DNA of 10,729 nucleotides from Fidelibacterota bacterium (GTDB lineage Bacteria > Fidelibacterota > Marinisomatia > Marinisomatales > S15-B10), in contig JBHIAI010000059.1 in assembly GCA_046861655.1 (NCBI GenBank), positions 1 to 10,729 of the forward strand. Reading direction: 5' to 3'. Shown here piece by piece: positions 6,418 to 10,729 of this stretch. Every line of letters starts with the position of its first letter. Positions within the stretch are counted from its first letter, which is position 1. The notes under the pieces are model-generated. The model did not search any database. It had not been told where the DNA came from and saw only the letters and a program-made list of their open reading frames with translations. Position numbers and translations under genes: made by a program.

Positions 6418-7321
6418 GAAGGTCCCTGTACTCCCGCCGTTTGGACTCCAGGACAACAATCTCAGACTGGATGGGATCCACACGCAAGGCCATACCCAGC
6501 CGGTCATCGGGAGACACTTGTTTTTCGTGGGAGGAAATGCCAAGAGGAGATCTTTTTGAAAACGATCCTTCCTCCCTGTACCCATCCGGCCCTGAGGAAA
6601 CATCAGCATCGCTAAAACCCTCAGGGGACGCAGCCGCGCCTTTCGAAACCCCGGACCCGGGATCGAACTCCGTTTCGGACAGCATCTTCAGACCCAGGTG
6701 GAATTCGTTGACCCGCTGGATAAGCTCCTGCTCCAAACGTCTCTCAGTGAGCAGGGAATCGAGGATTCCTATCTTGGCCACCAGCACCCCTTGGAGGTCC
6801 TTCAAAACCATGGCTCTCACCTTTTCATCGCCGAATTCTTGTTCCAGCAGGGACCCGTATTGGGGGAATTCTATCTCATTCTCCTGCCGGGACAGGATGA
6901 CCTTCACCATGGAGACTCCAATCTCCTTTTCCGGTTCGGAAAGACCCTGTTGTCCCACGGATTGATCCAGCAGCGTCCTGTAGGCATCCCTTAACCGATA
7001 AAACGCGGTACGCCGGTTTTGATCGAGAAGCTCTATCTCCCTTTGAAGAGAACGAAGAGAGTCGGAAACCTCCACCTGTTTCCTCCCTTTCCGGGCCAGC
7101 CGCATCTTCGTGAACCACCCGGTAACCCAGGTGCTCTTCTCCTGTAGAGACTCAACCTCTTCCCGCAGGACAGATGCTTCATTTTCCAGACGATTCAGTT
7201 CCCCGTGGGCATGGTCCAATGCCTCATGGGCTGAAAGAAACGCCTGCCAGGCATCCTCCACTTCCTGAGCCCGTGGGGAGCCAAGAAGCAGTACCAGGAC
7301 CACCATAAGATACCCCACCAT
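6386..7321 (-). CDS. Exported alpha-helical/coiled-coil hypothetical protein
   Basis: Likely start is ATG 7321 with GAGGG upstream (alternatives 7339, 7348, 7357), giving 311 aa. Signal-like MVGYLMVVLVLLLGSPRA|QE is followed by heptad-rich segments (LNRLENEASVLREEVESLQEK, LRSLQREIELLDQ), a G/S/P/D-rich linker and a C-terminal helix. Confidence 0.8.
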   Translation of the reverse strand: MVGYLMVVLVLLLGSPRAQEVEDAWQAFLSAHEALDHAHGELNRLENEASVLREEVESLQEKSTWVTGWFTKMRLARKGRKQVEVSDSLRSLQREIELLDQNRRTAFYRLRDAYRTLLDQSVGQQGLSEPEKEIGVSMVKVILSRQENEIEFPQYGSLLEQEFGDEKVRAMVLKDLQGVLVAKIGILDSLLTERRLEQELIQRVNEFHLGLKMLSETEFDPGSGVSKGAAASPEGFSDADVSSGPDGYREEGSFSKRSPLGISSHEKQVSPDDRLGMALRVDPIQSEIVVLESKRREYRDLLEKIRYEVAY

Positions 7322-7331
7322 CGCTTTTCCC

Positions 7332-8693
7332 TCACTCACGGTCCTCATCAGACACATCTGTAAGACCGTACTTTTCCATTTTGTAGTAAAGCGTACTGGT
7401 CTTGATCCCCAGGATTCTCGCCGCCCGCTGCTTGACGCCTCCTCCTTTCCTCAAGGCCCTGACAATCATGTTGTACTCGGTTTCCGCAAGAACTTCTTTC
7501 AGGTTCGTCCCGGTTCCGGCAATCGTTTCTTCTTCCTCATCCAGGTAGATATCATGCTTCGCGATGGTGCGCTTATCCGAGAATACCAGCATGCGTTCCA
7601 GAAAATTCTCCAGCTCCCGGATATTTCCTGGCCAGGCGTATTGGGTCAGCCGTTCCAGCGCTTCCCCGGTCAGGACGGGTTCCTCACGCCCCAGGTTCCG
7701 GCACTTCATCCCCATGATGTAGTCCACAAGCTCAGGAATGTCGGAAGGCCGTTCCCGCAAGGGAGGGACGTTCAGGGGGATCACATTCAGACGGAAATAC
7801 AGATCCTCCCGGAACTGTCCCTTTTTGACGGCCTCTTTCAGGTTCCGGTTGGTGGCGGACAGAATCCTGACATCGGTGGAGATCTCACCGGTCCCTCCAA
7901 GTCTCTGGAAGGATTGGTCCTGAATGACCCGCAGAAGTTTGACCTGCATCTGGGAGGAGATCTCCCCGACTTCATCCAGGAGAATGGTGCCTCCGTCAGC
8001 CTGTTCAAATATCCCTCTGTGCTGGCGTATGGCGCCGGTAAAGGCCCCCTTCTCATGGCCGAACAATTCACTCTGGAGAAGGGTGTCGGTGAAGGAACCG
8101 CAGTTCACTGCGAGGAATTGTCTGTTGCGTCGACGGCTTTCTTCATGAATGGCTCTGGCGATGAGTTCTTTTCCGGTGCCGCTTTCCCCTGTGATCAACA
8201 CCGGACTGTCCACCTTTGAAACCTGCTCGATCTGTTCGTAGATCTCCTTCATGGCCCTGGAGGATCCCACCATTCCGTGAAATGTGGAAACGGCTTCAAT
8301 CTCGACGGACCTGACAGGAAGATCCTTTACTGTCTGATTCACTTTGGTCCGCAGCTCATCTATGGAAAAAGGTTTTGCGATAAAGTCTCTTGCTCCGCTT
8401 TTCAATGCGTTTACCGCCAGATCGATGGTGCCGTACGCCGAAATAAGAATCACGGGCACGGATGAATCGGATGCCTGAAACTCTTTCAGCAAGTGCATGC
8501 CGCTTTTTCCGGGAAGCTTTAAATCGGTGATCACGAGGCCGGGAGAACTCTCGTGGAACAGCCGGCTCCCCTCCTGTCCATCTCCAGCCGCCATTACCTG
8601 GTAACCCTCTTTTTCAAGAACAGTTTGGATACCCTCACACATGGTCCTGTCATCTTCTATCAACAGGATCGTGGTTTGACCGGACTTACCCAT
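7332..8693 (-). CDS. Sigma-54-dependent two-component response regulator, NtrC/AtoC/ZraR family (REC-AAA+-Fis HTH)
   Basis: 453 aa. Receiver motifs LIEDD, VITDLKLPG and FIAKPF; Walker A GESGTGKE; ELFGHEKGAFTGA; Walker B ILLDEV; FREDLYFRL; WPGNIREL; HTH AARILGIKTSTLYYKMEKYGL. Confidence 0.97.
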   Translation of the reverse strand: MGKSGQTTILLIEDDRTMCEGIQTVLEKEGYQVMAAGDGQEGSRLFHESSPGLVITDLKLPGKSGMHLLKEFQASDSSVPVILISAYGTIDLAVNALKSGARDFIAKPFSIDELRTKVNQTVKDLPVRSVEIEAVSTFHGMVGSSRAMKEIYEQIEQVSKVDSPVLITGESGTGKELIARAIHEESRRRNRQFLAVNCGSFTDTLLQSELFGHEKGAFTGAIRQHRGIFEQADGGTILLDEVGEISSQMQVKLLRVIQDQSFQRLGGTGEISTDVRILSATNRNLKEAVKKGQFREDLYFRLNVIPLNVPPLRERPSDIPELVDYIMGMKCRNLGREEPVLTGEALERLTQYAWPGNIRELENFLERMLVFSDKRTIAKHDIYLDEEEETIAGTGTNLKEVLAETEYNMIVRALRKGGGVKQRAARILGIKTSTLYYKMEKYGLTDVSDEDRE

Positions 8694-10098
8694 GAGACTC
8701 CCTGGGAAATTTCACCGTGAACCGGGTTCCCTTTCCTGCCGTACTATCAACAACAATCGTGCCATTCATTTCGTCCACAATGTTCTTGGCGATGGTCAAA
8801 CCGAGGCCGTACCCTTTATCCCGGGTGGTGAAATATGGCTGGAAAATGTGATCGAGATCCGATTCGGGTATACCAGGCCCCGTATCTGTAAACTCGACAC
8901 TCACCATGCTGTCGTTTTCAAGGACCCGGACGTCTATTGAACCCTCTTCTCTTACCGCCTCCAGGCTGTTCTTCAGAAGATTCACGAATACTCTCCTGAG
9001 CTTGGATTCGTCCCCCAAGACGGTCCCTCTCCCGGATAGAGAGTAGTGTACTTTCCTGTGTCTTACTTCAGGCAGAAGAATCCGGTATGCATCTTCCACT
9101 ACGGTCTGGATCCGGACAGACTTCAACTCGCTTTTCACCGGTCGGGCGTAATCCAGGTACTCGGCTACGATTTGATTCAGGCGATGGAGTTCGGTGATGA
9201 TTTTCTCCAGGTATTTCCGATGTTCGTCAGAGTTCCCTGAGAGATTTCCCTCCGTCAGCTCTTCCTGCAGGAGTCCTGAATAGATCTCCATCCCACCAAG
9301 GGGGTTCTTGATTTCATGGGCGATCGCGGACAGAAGCTGCTTGGTGGCGTATTCATGGTCCCTGATTTCCGAATGCATGTCGACCAGTGAACGATTCAGG
9401 TCTCCGAATTCATCGGATCGGCTGGAGTGAACCTGTGGGGAGTGAATGTTTTCGCGGATGGACCGGGCATACCGGGACAACTGCCGGACCGGTCGGATCA
9501 GGGATTGGGAGAAAACAAATGCCAGGCTCACTGCCACCAGGGAGGACAGCAGAACGATCCAGAAAACGCTTCCCACCATTTCCTCAACAACGGCCATGAA
9601 GGGAGCACCTCCCCAGGCCACAACCACCCCGGACATACCGCCTGTATCCCCCACGGTCACGGCGGCCGCTTTGAAGAATCCTCGACCGGGCAGTTCATAG
9701 ACCTCGGATACGGCCTGCCCGGTTTCCGAATCTCCCAGCGCCAGATTTCTCAACAACTCTTCCACGGAGACGTCCCTTTCGGGATTTCTCTCAACCTTGA
9801 GAAGTTCGGTTCCCCTGCCGTCATAAACGATGAGTCCTTCAATTTCAGCAACCAGGAAGCCTGCCAGCTGAGCTTCGAGATTGTCCTGAACAGTGGAAAG
9901 AGAGGGCTCGTGGATGAGAACCTGAAGAAGGGTTCGATCCAGGTTTTTCGTTACCACTTCACATACGGCAAGGAGCCGCTTGTCCAATTCATTTTCCAGG
10001 CTGCTCCGTGTGTACCAGTACAGGGGAATAGAAAGGGCCAGGAAGGAAGCAAGAAGAATACCCAGAACAAGGGAAAGCACTTTGGTGCGGAGCTTCAT
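8686..10098 (-). CDS. Membrane sensor histidine kinase (2 TM, periplasmic domain, HAMP, HisKA, HATPase_c)
   Basis: 470 aa with two hydrophobic segments. HAMP IRPVRQL...SDEFGDL; H-box AIAHEIKNPL; N-box VFVNLLKNSLEA; G1 DTGPGI; F IFQPYFTT; G2 GYGLGL. It overlaps the regulator gene by 8 nt. Confidence 0.97.
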   Translation of the reverse strand: MKLRTKVLSLVLGILLASFLALSIPLYWYTRSSLENELDKRLLAVCEVVTKNLDRTLLQVLIHEPSLSTVQDNLEAQLAGFLVAEIEGLIVYDGRGTELLKVERNPERDVSVEELLRNLALGDSETGQAVSEVYELPGRGFFKAAAVTVGDTGGMSGVVVAWGGAPFMAVVEEMVGSVFWIVLLSSLVAVSLAFVFSQSLIRPVRQLSRYARSIRENIHSPQVHSSRSDEFGDLNRSLVDMHSEIRDHEYATKQLLSAIAHEIKNPLGGMEIYSGLLQEELTEGNLSGNSDEHRKYLEKIITELHRLNQIVAEYLDYARPVKSELKSVRIQTVVEDAYRILLPEVRHRKVHYSLSGRGTVLGDESKLRRVFVNLLKNSLEAVREEGSIDVRVLENDSMVSVEFTDTGPGIPESDLDHIFQPYFTTRDKGYGLGLTIAKNIVDEMNGTIVVDSTAGKGTRFTVKFPRESHG

Positions 10099-10138
10099 GA
10101 GGGGTGGTCTCTATGTCATAAGGAACCCTGACCACACT

Positions 10139-10167
10139 AAGTTACAAGAGGTCACCAAACAGAACAA
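10139..10167 (-). promoter_or_regulatory. Possible sigma-70 promoter of the kinase operon
   Basis: Minus strand TTGTTC (10167-10162), 17 nt, TAACTT (10144-10139), about 40 nt upstream of the ATG. Only a partial consensus match. Confidence 0.35.
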
Positions 10168-10185
10168 CCCCCCGGGCCCTTTTCA

Positions 10186-10214
10186 GGACAACTTTTCGCA
10201 AACAAATGTTGTCC
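10186..10214. promoter_or_regulatory. Inverted repeat in the divergent intergenic region, candidate operator
   Basis: GGACAACTTTT (10186-10196) pairs with AAATGTTGTCC (10204-10214) at 10 of 11 positions, with a 7-nt centre. Confidence 0.4.
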
Positions 10215-10251
10215 AAGTCCATACAAAAAGCCAAACTATGCGAGGGCAATC

Positions 10252-10729
10252 ATGAAACACTCAGGCGTAATCGCGGTTTTTCTATCCTTCCCTTTGTGGG
10301 CGAGCGTGGACTTCGATCCCGATGAATTCCGGAACGTAACCATGCGGGCCATTCCGCTCACCCAGCCCCTTCGTATCGATGCCGTTCTAGACGAACCTCT
10401 CTATGATTCGCCCTCATTTAAGACCTTCATTCAACTCGATCCCCATAACGGGAAGCCTGCCTCGGAGAAAACGGAAACCTGGATCGGCTATGACGACGCC
10501 GCCCTGTACATCGGCGCCCGGCTGTGGGACAGCCATCCTGATTCGATCGTGGGACGCATGGGCCGTCGTGATGACGAGACGAATTCGGATCAGTTTCAGG
10601 TTGCCGTAGATTCCTATCACGATCAGCGATCGGCCTTCTTCTTTCTGATCAATCCGTCGGGAACCATCATGGACGGCACGATTTCCAATGACAGCTGGTT
10701 TGACACTACGTGGGACGGGGTGTGGGAAG
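10252..10729 (+). CDS. CBM9-like (DOMON-type) / DUF5916-type exported protein, 5' part only
   Basis: GAGGG SD 5 nt before ATG 10252; open to the window end. Translation: MKHSGVIAVFLSFPLWA|SVDFD...LRIDAVLDEP...FIQLDPHNGKPASEKTETWIGYDDAALYIGARLWDSHPDSI...RRDD...DQFQVAVDSYHDQRSAFFFLINPSG...DTTWDGVWE. These motifs match my recollection of the family N-terminus. Not in the ORF track. Confidence 0.88.
   Translation, partial: MKHSGVIAVFLSFPLWASVDFDPDEFRNVTMRAIPLTQPLRIDAVLDEPLYDSPSFKTFIQLDPHNGKPASEKTETWIGYDDAALYIGARLWDSHPDSIVGRMGRRDDETNSDQFQVAVDSYHDQRSAFFFLINPSGTIMDGTISNDSWFDTTWDGVWE

Noticed and set aside
6418..6609. N-terminal extension of the barrel ORF to 6609 as given in the ORF track
   Set aside because: It would overlap the upstream gene by over 220 nt and bury the signal peptide. 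TTG 6417 with an SD-like sequence is more plausible.
7332..10098. Assigning specific symbols (zraSR, atoSC, ntrBC, prsKR) to the two-component pair
   Set aside because: The motifs define only the family. Neither sequence nor neighbourhood identifies a specific orthologue.
4357..10255. Long plus-strand ORFs 4357-4842, 4541-4987, 6441-6965, 7554-8219, 9427-10131 and 9980-10255
   Set aside because: They are antisense to well-supported genes and have no family motifs.
10416..10426. 11-nt match (ATTTAAGACCT) to part of the inverted repeat
   Set aside because: It is short, lies inside a coding region, lacks the GACCCC terminus and has no partner arm, so it is probably chance.

Overview
Bacterial genomic window dominated by cell-envelope genes, possibly from an FCB-superphylum organism (inferred from sequence habits only). 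On the minus strand, right to left: a HAMP sensor histidine kinase, an NtrC-family sigma-54 activator, an exported coiled-coil protein and an outer-membrane beta-barrel form a tightly coupled operon. It is followed by two dyads, a sigma-54 -24/-12 promoter and an exported Zn-ribbon + beta-barrel gene. Next is a 144-bp MITE/REPIN-like element with perfect 24-bp terminal inverted repeats that supplies that gene's stop codon. Last is a giant secreted protein missing from the ORF track (3927 to beyond position 1, at least 1309 aa), with a short YD/RHS-like N-terminal domain, at least 10 tandem ~106-aa Ig-like repeats and an apparently leaderless sigma-70 promoter. A divergent, truncated CBM9-like/DUF5916-type gene, also absent from the ORF track, starts at 10252 on the plus strand.
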